A stretch of 63,319 bases of DNA, counting the filler, from Kipferlia bialata (lineage: Eukaryota), in assembly GCA_003568945.1 (NCBI GenBank). It is 4 parts of 4 records of this genome, joined end to end, with 100 filler letters (N's around TTAATTAATTAA, not from the genome) between each part and the next. Parts side by side here need not be neighbours in the genome. Positions count along the whole stretch, not along the records: positions 1 to 19,447 come from BDIP01000421.1; 3 more parts are not named here. The stretch is one strand, 5' to 3'. Position numbers and translations under genes: made by a program. The notes beneath the pieces are model-generated. The model worked only from the letters and a program-made list of their open reading frames with translations, had not been told where the DNA came from and did not search any database. Positions 1 to 12,820 of the stretch are shown here, one piece after another. Numbering within the stretch: the first letter of the stretch is position 1; each line of letters begins with the position of its first letter.

Positions 1-3000
1 GCTATGCCAGTGCTCTGGACCAAGGGAACGTTCACCTCGGTGGTCACAGTGGCCACTCCCTGGATTAGGGTCTCCACACTAGTGGCGCCAATCTCCACAG
101 AGCTGCTGAGGGCTCCTATGACGACCTTGCCTGGAGAGACCTCGCCAGCGCCACCCTCGACTGTGACATCTCCCCCGACACTGCCTGCCCCTGTACCTGT
201 GCCCCCTGTCACGAGGACAGACCCACCGTCTCCTAGGGAGGTAGTGGCACCAGTCAGAGTGAGGGTGTCCCCATCACCCGACGTGATGGGTAGCATGGCA
301 ACCTCAAAGGCCGACCCGGTGCCCAGGTAGAGCCCGTCTCCCTCTATGTAGAGGTCGTGACTGACATGGGTCTCTGAAGTGGATGTACCAATGGTGACCA
401 CCCCACATGAGTTGGATCCATCCGTCAGACACCCAGGGTACAGCTCTAGGTCACCGGCAGAAAGGGAACCACTCTGGCCCTGGGGTGAGCGCTCTTAATA
501 TAGAGTAGAATAACGAATTGCAATTGTAGAACCCACCTCGATGATCAGGGATCCCACAGTGGACACATCAGACTCTGGCCGAGAAATTGTGTAGTCGGAG
601 AGGGTCCCTAGCACTAGGGAGTCTCCAAGGATTGTGACGTCTCCACTGACGGTGGTCTCAGGGGACAGGATAGATGTCTCCAAGGCCATGGTACCAATGA
701 GCACACTGCCGTTGTCCCCCAAGGCACCCTCCCCTGCATCGAGGTAGAGGTCTCCGCCATCTGCAGTGCCATACCCACCGGACACATAGGTGTCACCTCC
801 ATTCCCAGACTCAGAGGCACCGCCATTGACGTGGAGGGGGGCAGGTGCCCCAGATGCTGCACCAAGCCCCTGGATGATGTATCCAGCAGACTGGTCTCTG
901 TCTGTACTGCCGAGGGTCACAGTGTCCTCCAGCACAGAGGGAGAGTGTACACGCAATACACCATCGGAGAGAGGGTTGATGACTACCTCGCCCTGCGTGG
1001 CACTTGCATCTGAGTTGACAACGCCCTAAGAGTGAGACACACGAGTCAAAGAGAGACCAATACAATATAGTACCTGAATTGAGAGAGTGCCAGGAGTGGC
1101 TGTGTCATCCGACGAGTTCATAGATATCGTGTAGTCCTCCGAGGATCTCAACGACACCACAAGATCGGTGCCCTTTAGAGCTACAGTATCTCCTGGGAAT
1201 GAGATAAGAATTTATCAATCAAAACAACCATAGGTTATGGAAAGAAGAACTCACCGAGTACGGTAGCATCCTCCACGACTGAGAGGTCCCCACTGACCGT
1301 GGTTGTCATACCAGACTGACTCAGGTTGACTTCAGCACTGTCAGAGCCTACGGTGAGCATAGAGATATAATGATATGTAGTTACATGTACATCCTGAGTC
1401 CCGTACCAATGGTGATACTACCGTCATGTGCGTCGATTGTCAGCGTGCTCTGGATCGACTGAATCTCCCCATCCACGTAGAGCATGGACCTGATCTGGGT
1501 CAGACCCGAGCTCTTGCCTATGATGACGCTGCTGGCATCGGTAGTCCCAATGGACACACTCCCGTTGAGAGAGGTTGTCTTGCCAGCGCCGGCATCGATG
1601 AACACTGACCCTCCGGCAGGGGTGTATGGGGAACTGGTCCCTACACTGCCAGCATCTCCTGCGTATATGAACAAGTGGCCGCCGTCCGACTCAGCGGACC
1701 CCCCCTGGGCCACTAGGGTAGTGGCATTGCCTGCCCCTGAGGAGAGAGGTCTGGACAGGGTGAGGCCACTGTCGGCTTGGCCTAGCACTATACTGTTGCT
1801 GAGGAGGGAGGTATCGGCACCAGTTGCACCGATCTCCACACTGTAGCTGCCTGCACCCAGCAGTACATTGCCCGTGGGTGCGTCTATCACAAGGTGGCTG
1901 TTGTCTGTTGTGGTGTGTGTGACGATGACATCCGCGTGTAGGGTGTCGTAGACGTCAAGGGTGTCTAGCACATGGGTCCCTATACCACTGCCTCCCACCA
2001 CTACGGAGAGGGAGGCCTGGCCCAGCACTAGGTCAGCAGCGGCATGGGTCTCATCCACAGCATCTAAGGGGGACAGGGTGTGGAGGGAGGAGGTGACGGT
2101 GGTGCCATCGGCGGCATACTGACAGGAGCCGATGTATGTATCCGAGGCTGTTGCACCTATCTCCACTGAATACTCACTACCACTGGTATCAAGCACAAGC
2201 CCAGTAGCACTGGATCTCAGCACAGATGTCACCACCTCACTGTTGACAATGACAGACCCAGAGCCGGAGTGCCCCAGAGAGATATCACCCACGGCATCCA
2301 GGGAGAGGGAGGTGGTGGACGTGATGGTTTCAACCGTCAGGGACTCCAGTACTGAAAGGGAGCCCTGCACCGTTGTCACCCTCCCACCCTGAGAGAGGGA
2401 CACACCAGATGAGGATGCCCCAATCACCACACTGCCATAGTCGCCTGTTCCAGAGTCACCTCCTTCTAGCAGCAGGTCGCCTCCGACACTCTCACTTGAC
2501 CGACCTGCCGTAACAGAGAGGTCGCCTCCCGCCCCGTTGACCCCCGACCCCCCCTGTCCCTGAATGGAGAGGAGAGAGGCAGAGCCAGCCACATCGGGAC
2601 GGGAAATGGTGTAGGATGCGGAAACGGCATCGGGCCCGAGTGAAAGAGAGTCTGAGGAGAGAGAGAGAGGTCCCACAATAACCACTGACGTGTCCTCATT
2701 GTCAGAGCCTATCGAGACAACACCACAGTCTGAGGGGTCGGAGGACAGGCACCCTGCCTGCAGTATCAGGTCACCCCCGGACACATCGCTGCTCTGGCCC
2801 TGTATAGTGAAGTCACCTCCAGCCAGGCCAGAGACAGAAGGGCGGGAGAGAGAGGCATCCCCGGAGCCATCGCCCAGGGTAGCCGAGTATCCATTGAGAG
2901 CCACATCACTCTGGACGGTAGTAAGCCCCCCTGCCATTCCGAGAAGAACAGCATCTGAAGAAGTGCCTATATAGACGGAGCCTGTGCCACTGGAGGGACT

Positions 3001-6000
3001 GCTACCCCCATCTACATACACATCACCTGCCAGGACATCTCCCTGACCTCCAGTCACCATGACGTCACCCCCAGTGTGGAGTGCCGCACCGCCCACCACC
3101 TGGAGGGAGGGGGCCTTGTGGCCGGCTGTGTCTGTGACATCACTCGGCCTAGTCACGGTGAATGCGCCAGTCGACCCATCACTCCCAAGGGTGAGGGTGT
3201 CTCCGTCCACCAAGAGGTCCCCGCCCATGTGGACATCACCCCCAGAGGCCATGTTGACACCTACAATACCCTGTGAGTCATCTCCCTTTGGGTATGCATA
3301 GGAGTAGGCCCCCTCTATGTACAGGGCACCCAGAGAGTCTGCATCAGCAGACAGGGGACGGCTTAGAGTGAACGAGTCTGCTATGTCCTCAGCCCCAACT
3401 GTCATGCGGTCACCAGTGATGTCTACAGTACCATTGAGGGTGAGTGACTCATTGACAGAGAGGGGGGCATGTACTGCGACAGCACCGGACGCACTGCCTA
3501 TCTCAACACTCCCCCCCGATGTGTTGATGGAGACTGACCCTGCCGCAGCTGCGTCTCCAGTGCCATCGGTCATCCCCCCTGACACATGCACCGCCCCACC
3601 CACATGGCCTGACCCCCCACTCAGGTACAGGGCACCCCCGGTGTCCCTCTCTCCCGTGACATCAGCGGAGCCGGCTGTCACGTACACTGCGCCCCCATAT
3701 GCTGGGTCTACAGCAGTGCCATCTGCCACCGTGTGCTCGACGGATTGGCCTAGGATGGAGAGGGATGGAGGGGCGGCTATACTGTGAGCTGTGTCTAGGG
3801 TGATGGTATATCCAGCCAGCTCTGGCGCACCATCACCAGTGTCCCCTAGCACAATGGACTGGTTGAAGGTGACACCCTCAGCAAACACAGTCTCACTCTG
3901 CACTGAGAATGCAGAGGTAGAGTCAGTCTCTGACCCAATCACAACCAGTCCACCTGTGTCCCCGATGGAGATCTGACTGCTAGTGCCGGTGTCCGCATCG
4001 GCCATCCCCGTTCTGATGTACACACTGCCGGAAGTGCTGTCGGCCAGGCAGCTGTCAGTTCCCCTCTCAATGCCGTACCCGTCCACACACCCTCCTGCGG
4101 CCAGGTAGAGGTCTCCGCCTCCACTGGTTCCATGCTGACCCACAAGGTAGGTGTCACTACTGGGGACTCCCCTCCTGGACTCTGCCCTAGGGTGAGTATC
4201 AGTGGATATATGAGTGTGCTGGCATATACACATTGTAACAATACCCACCTGGCTATGACGTAGTCCATGTTGTCGTCTGTCCTGCCTATGTCTGCGAAGT
4301 CTGGGTCCCCCAACAGGAGGGTGGGAGACTCAATGACCACAGACGAGGATGCATCCATCAGTCCCAGGTACACCCCGGCACTGCCTGCCCCTATCACCAC
4401 GTCTCCCTTGGCCGCTGCCCCTGCCCCGCCATCTAGAGACAGGGTGCCCCCGGTGGTGCCTCCCTCACCTGCCTTGAGGGTCAGGTCTCCCCCACTGACA
4501 GTACCCTCCCCGGCACTCAGGGACACGTCTATGCCTCCTACCTCGGAGACGGCAGTGGCGTAGATGGCCACGCTCTCTGACACTGCGGACCCCAGCACCA
4601 CATCGCTGTATAGGGTGGTGGTGGAGGTGGCAGTGAGGGGGGAGGTGACCAGGGTCTGGCTGGCATTGGTGCCAATCACCACAGACCCCCTGTCTGCATC
4701 CTCTATGTCACTGGCACTCGGGGCACCCGCATCTAGGTACAGAGACCCAGGGCGAAGGTAGGATGACCCAGCAGACAGACTGACATCGCCTCCGACAGTG
4801 TCATTACCCTGTCCCTGGGATGAGAGAGGAGACAGTACACTAGAGGGTGAGACGCATCATCTTCAAGACCCAACCTGAATGATAAGGGAGGATGCATATG
4901 CAGAGGCCTCAGTGGTGTCTGCAATAGTGAGGTACACATCGTCCCCATCTACTGCAGGTGACAGTGTGATGTCACCGGCCACGCCCAGGTCCGACCCCAC
5001 TGAGACACTGCCCCCAGTGGTGCCCAACAGCACACTGGAGGGGACAGACATACCAATCCTGCAGTGAGTATTCAACTACACATACTCACCACACTACATA
5101 CATAAGTCGAACCTGACAGTGGGTGTTGTGCCCTGCACCGATCCTGCATCGAGTGACAAGTAGTATGCACTCGACGTTATGCTGTCCCGCACAGTCAGGG
5201 GTGCCTGGATGGTGACAGTGCCTAGAGACTGACCGATCAGGACAGAGGAGGTGCGCAGCTTGGTTCCTGGGTGTGAGTGAGTGGATGAAGCAGTGTATCT
5301 AACATACTCCATGTCTGCATACCTGAGCCTGTGCCTATCAGGACACTGCTGCCCAGCATCGTCTGGGCCATGTCGGCATCGGCAGAGTACCCCCTGCCTG
5401 CCTCCAGGGACAGGTCTCCCCCATACACAGAGGTGGATGCAGTGTCAGAGGGCAGAGACCCGCTGTCTCCGGCATAGAGGTATAGGTCTCCTCCGGCAAA
5501 GGTGCCTGCACCTGTCTGACCTGTGAGGCTGGTGGATCTGCCTGTTCCTGACCCTGTGGCCCTAGATATGGTGTATGCCGCATCCTCGTTGCCGAGGGTG
5601 ACCCCAGTCCCTATAAGAGACACACTGCTGTGCGTGCTGGCACCTAAGGGGTGAGGATGCTACCATATTCATGAAACAATGACATTGGTGAGACATGTAT
5701 ATGAGACCAGTCGAGCCGTACCGAGTGTCACGCTCTGTGAGCTGGCCCCGATGACCACACTTCCACTCAGCGTCCCATCTCCACCGTCAATGAGGACATC
5801 ACCTCCCGTGGCACCCTGGGGGTCAGTCAAGACACAGCGGGGAAGTGAACACATACAGAAGCACTCCAAGAGACCCTTACCTCACCACCCGCAATAACCA
5901 CATCGCCTCCCACCCCTGAGCTGTGGGTAGAGGCCTGGCCTGATACTGCGATGAGGGGGGAGATGAATGCATATTAGGGCACTATGAGAGTATACACAAA

Positions 6001-6357
6001 TATACAAAAAATCTCAATCCGCACTTGTGAATGAGTATGTGTCTGCACTCGATGTTGTTGTGCGGCCTAGGTTGAAGGGAGCACTGGACGTGCCAATGGT
6101 AAGAGACCCACTGAAGACAACTTCACTGAGGGTCAGAGGTAGTAGAGAGTATACAACAGAGGAAGAGAGAGCACAACTGGTACCTGCTGAAGGTTGTCTT
6201 GGCCGCAGTGACATTGACCTCAGAGCTGGTGACTGACAACTCATTGCCAGCAATTAGGGTGGTCTGCCCCCCCTCTCCAATCTTGACATCTCCGGCTGTG
6301 ATACCAGCGCCACCCCTCAGCACGAGGTCTCCTCCGGTGGAAGTGCCCTCTCCAGCC
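1..6357 (-). CDS. Very large multi-exon Gly/Ser/Thr/Asp-rich repeat protein (recurring GQ..GGDLxLxAGxG..GxVxIG units; adhesin/tail-fibre-like beta-solenoid); 5' end lost in the gap, 3' end runs off the window
   Basis: Minus-strand ORFs 1381-4248, 495-956, 3939-4682, 5237-5623 and 6123-6371 join via short GT-AG introns (e.g. 480-536, 1026-1073, 1193-1254, 1348-1406, 4187-4248, 4815-4874, 5059-5112), each ending in CTCAC/CTCAT..YAG. The spliced frame continues open to position 1. Confidence 0.85.
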
Positions 6358-6493
6358 TGATTGTTACACATTACTATATACTCTCATGCAATAATAACCG
6401 AGAAGTACTAGAGTCACCCTACTCTCTATTTGTGTGTGTGTGTGTGTGGGGGGGGGGGGGCATATAAAGATAAAATATAAAGCCTTACCAGAA

Positions 6494-7484
6494 NNNNNNN
6501 NNNNNNNNNNNNNNNNNNNNNNNNNNNNNNNNNNNNNNNNNNNNNNNNNNNNNNNNNNNNNNNNNNNNNNNNNNNNNNNNNNNNNNNNNNNNNNNNNNNN
6601 NNNNNNNNNNNNNNNNNNNNNNNNNNNNNNNNNNNNNNNNNNNNNNNNNNNNNNNNNNNNNNNNNNNNNNNNNNNNNNNNNNNNNNNNNNNNNNNNNNNN
6701 NNNNNNNNNNNNNNNNNNNNNNNNNNNNNNNNNNNNNNNNNNNNNNNNNNNNNNNNNNNNNNNNNNNNNNNNNNNNNNNNNNNNNNNNNNNNNNNNNNNN
6801 NNNNNNNNNNNNNNNNNNNNNNNNNNNNNNNNNNNNNNNNNNNNNNNNNNNNNNNNNNNNNNNNNNNNNNNNNNNNNNNNNNNNNNNNNNNNNNNNNNNN
6901 NNNNNNNNNNNNNNNNNNNNNNNNNNNNNNNNNNNNNNNNNNNNNNNNNNNNNNNNNNNNNNNNNNNNNNNNNNNNNNNNNNNNNNNNNNNNNNNNNNNN
7001 NNNNNNNNNNNNNNNNNNNNNNNNNNNNNNNNNNNNNNNNNNNNNNNNNNNNNNNNNNNNNNNNNNNNNNNNNNNNNNNNNNNNNNNNNNNNNNNNNNNN
7101 NNNNNNNNNNNNNNNNNNNNNNNNNNNNNNNNNNNNNNNNNNNNNNNNNNNNNNNNNNNNNNNNNNNNNNNNNNNNNNNNNNNNNNNNNNNNNNNNNNNN
7201 NNNNNNNNNNNNNNNNNNNNNNNNNNNNNNNNNNNNNNNNNNNNNNNNNNNNNNNNNNNNNNNNNNNNNNNNNNNNNNNNNNNNNNNNNNNNNNNNNNNN
7301 NNNNNNNNNNNNNNNNNNNNNNNNNNNNNNNNNNNNNNNNNNNNNNNNNNNNNNNNNNNNNNNNNNNNNNNNNNNNNNNNNNNNNNNNNNNNNNNNNNNN
7401 NNNNNNNNNNNNNNNNNNNNNNNNNNNNNNNNNNNNNNNNNNNNNNNNNNNNNNNNNNNNNNNNNNNNNNNNNNNNNNNNNNNN
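6494..7484. other. Assembly gap (N run) flanked by poly-G/poly-C tracts
   Basis: Run of N. Confidence 0.99.
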
Positions 7485-7548
7485 CCCCCTTGTGTCATCA
7501 AAGTCCGCCCCCCCCCCCCCCCCCTATCCAACTCCATCTCACTTGCAG

Positions 7549-7726
7549 GGAGTCCCCTGTGTATCTAGCCTCCATCTCCTCCTTCCTTGAGCACGTCCCA
7601 GTCTCTCTCCTTCTCTTCGACTGTGTTGCCCCTCTAGTCCTGTACACATACAACGGCTCCATCATCAGGCATGCCGTGCACTACAAGTACAAGGCCAAGC
7701 AGTGGAGGAAGGCAAAGAGGCTCTAG
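7549..7726 (+). CDS. Terminal exon of an unknown gene whose upstream part is in the gap
   Basis: Acceptor CTCACTTGCAG ending at 7548, then open frame ESPVYLASISSFLEHVPV...KQWRKAKRL* with GC-rich coding-like composition. Confidence 0.55.
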
Positions 7727-7939
7727 AGGGATGGACTGTACACTGGCACAACTTATCAATGCATTACTTAGACAATAGACGACAATAGTTTCGTGCTTAG
7801 TGTTGGATAGACACACCATTGTCACCCCTCCTCCGTAGCAGCATGTATTAGAGTGTATGGAAGCAAGTAGCTCTATTCATTTATCTATTTTGATTCTGTG
7901 AGAGTGTCTCTCTATATACTATTGGTACAACACAGCAAC

Positions 7940-10357
7940 CTACTGGCTCCCATACTCTGTGGGGGCATTCCCCTCCTCGAGGTCAGCCTCGTCCTCATCC
8001 ACCATCTGCACCCCCTCCCCTGTGTTGACATACTTCCTAGGCAGGCAGTGGGGCAGGATGTAGTAGGAGGGACCGAGGCACACCAGCAGGACACCAAGGA
8101 GAGCCACGCCTGTGTCCACGCTGGAGGAGGCGAGGACGGCATACACCACAGAGCATATGGATATGGAGATGTAGGTGGCAGAGGAGTAGAGCCCAGAGAG
8201 CTGGCACTTGAGGTCCCCCCTCATGATCTTGGCCAGAATGCCTGAGGGGGAGAGGGGGAGAGGAAGGTCTTGTATACATAGAGTCTGTCTCAATGGAAGT
8301 AGTGTGGAACATCCTCACCTCTGGCAACCGATGCCTGGTAGCTGTATAGGAATCCCATACAAGCAGAGAGGGCCCTAGACAGTGTCTCCCTCTTGGCTGC
8401 AAAGGAATAGAGGTTGATAACCAGAACAAACCCAATCAGGACATTGACAACCTAGAGTAAGAACAGATACACACAGTACTCATACTATATATACACTCTG
8501 TGACAAGGACATGAGACCCCACCTGCTGTGTGACAATGTCGACGTGCAGTCTGTTCATCTTTGCCTTGCTCTTCATGATTGCGTCCATGCCTATGCCCAC
8601 CACAACACCAGACACCATGGCAATGTAGTACATGATCTGCAGGTTGAAGGTCTGGGTCAGCGTGTAGTCAAACTCTACACTGTACAGGATCACCAGGTAG
8701 ATCGTGTAGATGGTGCCACTGGCGCTGGGGTCAGTGGTCTAACTCATTGACACGATGATAAAGCACTTCTAGTAGATATGCAGTATATGTATAGATGGGC
8801 CCTACCTGAAGAGGAGGTATGCCACCAGGAATGTGGCCACCTGCTTGAGGTCAGGCTCCACTGACACCAGCTTGGCAGTCCTCAACAGCTCAGCCACAGA
8901 ACCCTGGACATCAGTATACAGTACATTGTCTAGTACAACCAACTATCTATATGTCCCTGCATGCAAGAGTGACCCATCCCATTGATACTACTCTATACCT
9001 TGAGTGCCTGGAGGAATGACTCCTGGCCTGGCTCTCTGTGGTCAAGGTCAGAGGGGGCACACACAGAGAGCAGGGTGAACAGGAAGCACAGAAGAGTGGC
9101 ATAGACAATCAGGGAGCCTGGGGGTGAGGGTGTGTGTGTGTGTGTGGGTACTCATATATACACGAGAGTTAGAACTATGCAGAGAGACCACTGAGGCCGT
9201 CAAAACAGTTCCACACTCCTCGCCCACCTATGGAGTCGTCTGAGAACGTGTCACTGTTGAACAGAATGAGGTTGCCCAGGGAGAGACCGAAGCCTGGGGT
9301 TAAAGGTGAAGAGGGTGGTGACAGTGAGGGTGATGAGACTGGGAGGTGACTGGATCGCCCATAGAAGTAGAAACGACACCGCACCTACGAAGTTGTTGAC
9401 GAGTGAGAGTGTGACCCTAGATGCCTCTGGGAAGAAGAAGAGAAGGGCATTGTCGTTCATGACCAAGGTACGCAGGAAGAACATAGCTGGGGTGAATGAG
9501 GTGATAATATGACATAAGGAAAGAGACAGAAGTGAGGGAACACCACATATCACTACCATGCGACGTACCCAGCACGTATACGACAGATGTGAGCAGGAGT
9601 GCCGCAAATGGTGCCATTCCCTGCTCGGCAAAGGGCAGGAGGGCGCTGAGCATACAGGCAGTCAGTCCAGAGATAACCATGGTGGACTTGATGGCCACCC
9701 TCTTGTCAAAGGCCACACCCAGGCTGGGCAGGAGGAAGGAGCTGGCGAAGGTGGTCAGGCTGTTGACGATACTGGGGTGAGTGAGGGTGGTAGTCGAGTA
9801 GCAATAGAGATACTCACTCTCTCTCGCACATGTGAACTACACTATATATGATACCTAACCATACCTAAACACGTTGTCAAAGAAGTCAGCGCTGATGCTC
9901 TGAAGGAGCTTGGGCTGGGGTGAGGAAGCAAAGGGGTGACTCGGAGGCAGTCTGTGATAGAGAGAGACATAGAGAGAGAGTGACAGAGAGAGGGAAATAG
10001 AGGCACTTAGTATCGAAATACTTGTCAAAGGATAACCCGAAGCAGCACTGCTAGCGTATGTGCCATGCAATATACGTATAAAAGAGATGTGGAAGTCCAC
10101 TATGGTCTTGTTCAGTCTAATCTGCCTATACACAATTAAAATGATCCACCGGACTCTATCTGCATGACAATCACCTAAATGCACCATATATCGTACTATT
10201 AGGGCCGAAGAGGAACTGGAGAGTGTGTGACTATATGTATAGAGAGGTATGCACGTACGTATAGAGTTCCATACACCACAGTGTTAGCGATGTTGAATGC
10301 AATACTGGCGGAGATCCACCCGACGGCGTGTAACAGGTACTGGTTCCTCTCTGTCAT
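7940..10357 (-). CDS. Multi-pass membrane transporter, MFS-like (multi-exon)
   Basis: Start MTERNQYLLHAVGWISASIAFNIANTVVYG. Hydrophobic exons include LLPSLGVAFDKRVAIKSTMVISGLTACMLSALLPF (MFS loop motif-like GxxxDK), MFFLRTLVMND, IMYYIAMVSGVVVGIGMD and LSGLYSSATYISISICSVVYAVL. Stop at 7940; canonical fused acceptors. Confidence 0.7.
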
Positions 10358-10551
10358 GGGGTTTGGTGGGAGAGCCAGAGAGACAGGCCTTCTCACTCTG
10401 ACAGAGTCAATGCAGGCCACAAACCCTCGTTGGCTAGCCCCTTATGAGACGAGAGTCTCACACGACCATCGCACCTTCGTCCACCTCAACTGCCCCAGGT
10501 TGGTTAAGTGTCTGTGAAACCAGTACCAGCCTAGAGTCAGACACACGCGCA

Positions 10552-11961
10552 ATGGGTGGCAAGAGGGGGAGAGGCAAGAAGAAGCAGAAGGAGGGCGATG
10601 GGGCCCAGGCCCAGACTCCCAGGAAGGGCAACAGACAGTCCGACAAGGCCGGGGGACAGGGCAAGCCCAAGGGGAAGAAGCACAACACGCCCAAGAGCAT
10701 GAGGCGGGCCTACAACAAGCCCACCAAGGCGATCACGCGCCCCCTCCCCGCCCCCCCTGCCTCCAACCTCAAGATGTCTGACAAGATCAGCCAGATCATG
10801 TCGAACATGGACAAGGGCCTGTACTCATTCCACGAGGTCGAGGTGGGTGGTGGTGGTGCTGGTTGGGGTTGTGGTTGTATTTGATTATTCTCTGTGTGCT
10901 GGTGTATTGGACTGATCTGTGTGATACAGTATCTCTGGACTGATACTCCCATAATGCCTCTGGAGTGTATCTACCCATATTGGTATTGTGTATAGTTGCT
11001 GCTGCTATTAGGCACAGAGTACTGTTGCTATTTGTGCGGGTCCCTACCCCCATTCCTCACCCTAGCTCTCTGGAGTATATATATATATATGTACATATAT
11101 ATGTTTTCTCCCGTCTCATATATGCGTACATCTCTGCCCCCGTCTCACTGCTAGGAGTTCAACCCAGACGCTCCCATATCCACACCTACCCACGTGACCA
11201 AGACCAGACGCACTGAGACTGAGTCTCTCCCTAGGCTGAGTGGATACGCCTCATACTCTGATGATGAGTATGGATACGACGGATACGCATACGACGAGGT
11301 ATGGTGATGTATTCCCCCACATATGTTCCCATATATATCCAGACCTGTATGTTCTCTCTCTCTCCCCCCCCCCCTCCTCTCACCCTAGGACTGGGACGAT
11401 GAGGACATGGTATCAGAGGTGGACAGGATACACTACACCCCCGAGGAGCTGCGCAAGGCATGCGAGGAGATGGGGAGGGCGGCTGAGAGGATTGCTGCCA
11501 AGGCTGCTGCTGAGGGTCTGGCCCGTGGCATGATGGGCATGGGTACTGGCACAGTGGGTGGCAAGGCCCCAGTGATGCTGGACTCTCTTAGGCAGGATGC
11601 CCTGGATGATGAGGAGGATGTGACTGACGAGGAGGTCGAGGAGGGAGAGGTGCTGATGGAGGGCAGTCCTGCCCCAGTCAAGGCACAGCCAGTGACTGAG
11701 GCATCAGTGACTGAGGGGGTGTCCACTCTCACTGTGACAGATATCACAGACACTAAGGAAACAGAGGCTGAGGTAGAGGAGGCTAAGGGTGAGGCAGAGT
11801 GCAGTGCCGCAGAGGCTGACTCCCCTCCCACCGAGACAAAGACAGTGTCTCCCTCTGACCTGGGGGAGGAGGCAGAGGCAGAGGCAGAGTGTGTTGTTGC
11901 CCCCTCTGAGGAGACACCCTCCACTGAGGCAGTATCTGAGGCAGTGGCTGCTGAGGAGTGA
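10552..11961 (+). CDS. Hypothetical protein with Lys-rich N-terminus and acidic low-complexity C-terminus (exons 10552-10842, 11155-11298, 11389-11961)
   Basis: ATG 10552 (MGGKRGRGKKKQK); GT donors at 10843 and 11299; acceptors CTCACTGCTAG and CTCACCCTAG; frame preserved to TGA. Confidence 0.75.
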
Positions 11962-12820
11962 GCCCTCGTCGGCTCTGTCATAGTGTCCTATCTTATATAG
12001 TCTATTGGGTATCAGCATATCTTCTCTAGACGCGACCTGTCGCGTTGTTTTGTCTATTGTGAGGCCCAGTCTTAGTCATGGCCTCATGTGTGTGTATGGA
12101 GAATGATAATAGATTTAGTCGTTGGATCTTGCTTGAGGGGAGTTCGAGTATGTATTGATCTAATATTCCATAGGCAGGGGACAGCCATATAGTGAATGAG
12201 AATACATAATATACCAGATACGGTGGAGGTAACGAAGGGGACGGAACACTACCTGTCGCTTTCCGAGCTGTATTTATTCAACCATCATACAGCCAAACAA
12301 GCAAAACAACGCAACGAATAATAACATAAGTAAGACACGGAGAATACACTCAGGTAAAACGATATAGAGACAGACAAGGATCAAGGTGGGGTCGGGTGGG
12401 GGGGGTGGGGGGGGGGGGGGGGGGGTTGATAGAGTAAGTGGAGTGTAGCTAACCAGAGCTATTACATTCTGTGATACACAAGGAGACCACTTCAGGATGC
12501 ATTCATACAGTACCGGTATCGGTGTACCTAGCGAATATGCTTGGGACCTCTCTCTCCAGCTCGGCCAGGTCAGACCCAGGGCTCTGGCCATCCAGGGGCG
12601 GCATTGCAGCACAAAACCCTTTCTCAGTCACAGGTTGACGACCCTATATGTATGAAGACTCGGTAGTAAAGACAGAGTGGGACCTCTCTCTCGTCTGACC
12701 TAGATGACCTACACCCCTATGCACAAACAACCGATTTCACTACGACACCAACTCCCTTTCTATAGCCGCCCTATATAGCCACTGCATAGCAACCACAGCT
12801 TGGGACGTGCCCTTACCAGC

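Noticed and set aside
4..5067. Many plus-strand Pro/Ser/Thr-rich ORFs (e.g. 4-330, 3317-3787)
   Set aside because: Antisense shadows of the Gly-rich minus-strand gene; splice signals are all on the minus strand
6434..7726. 430-aa and 350-aa ORFs through the N run
   Set aside because: Artefacts of translating Ns
12030..12045. Short palindrome ACGCGAC-CT-GTCGCGT after a stop codon
   Set aside because: A single 7-bp inverted repeat is plausible by chance in 63 kb; no other support
12274..12720. Possible small minus-strand spliced gene (GRQPVTEKGFCAAMPPLDG...)
   Set aside because: No convincing start or complete exon chain, and interrupted by a poly-G tract; insufficient support
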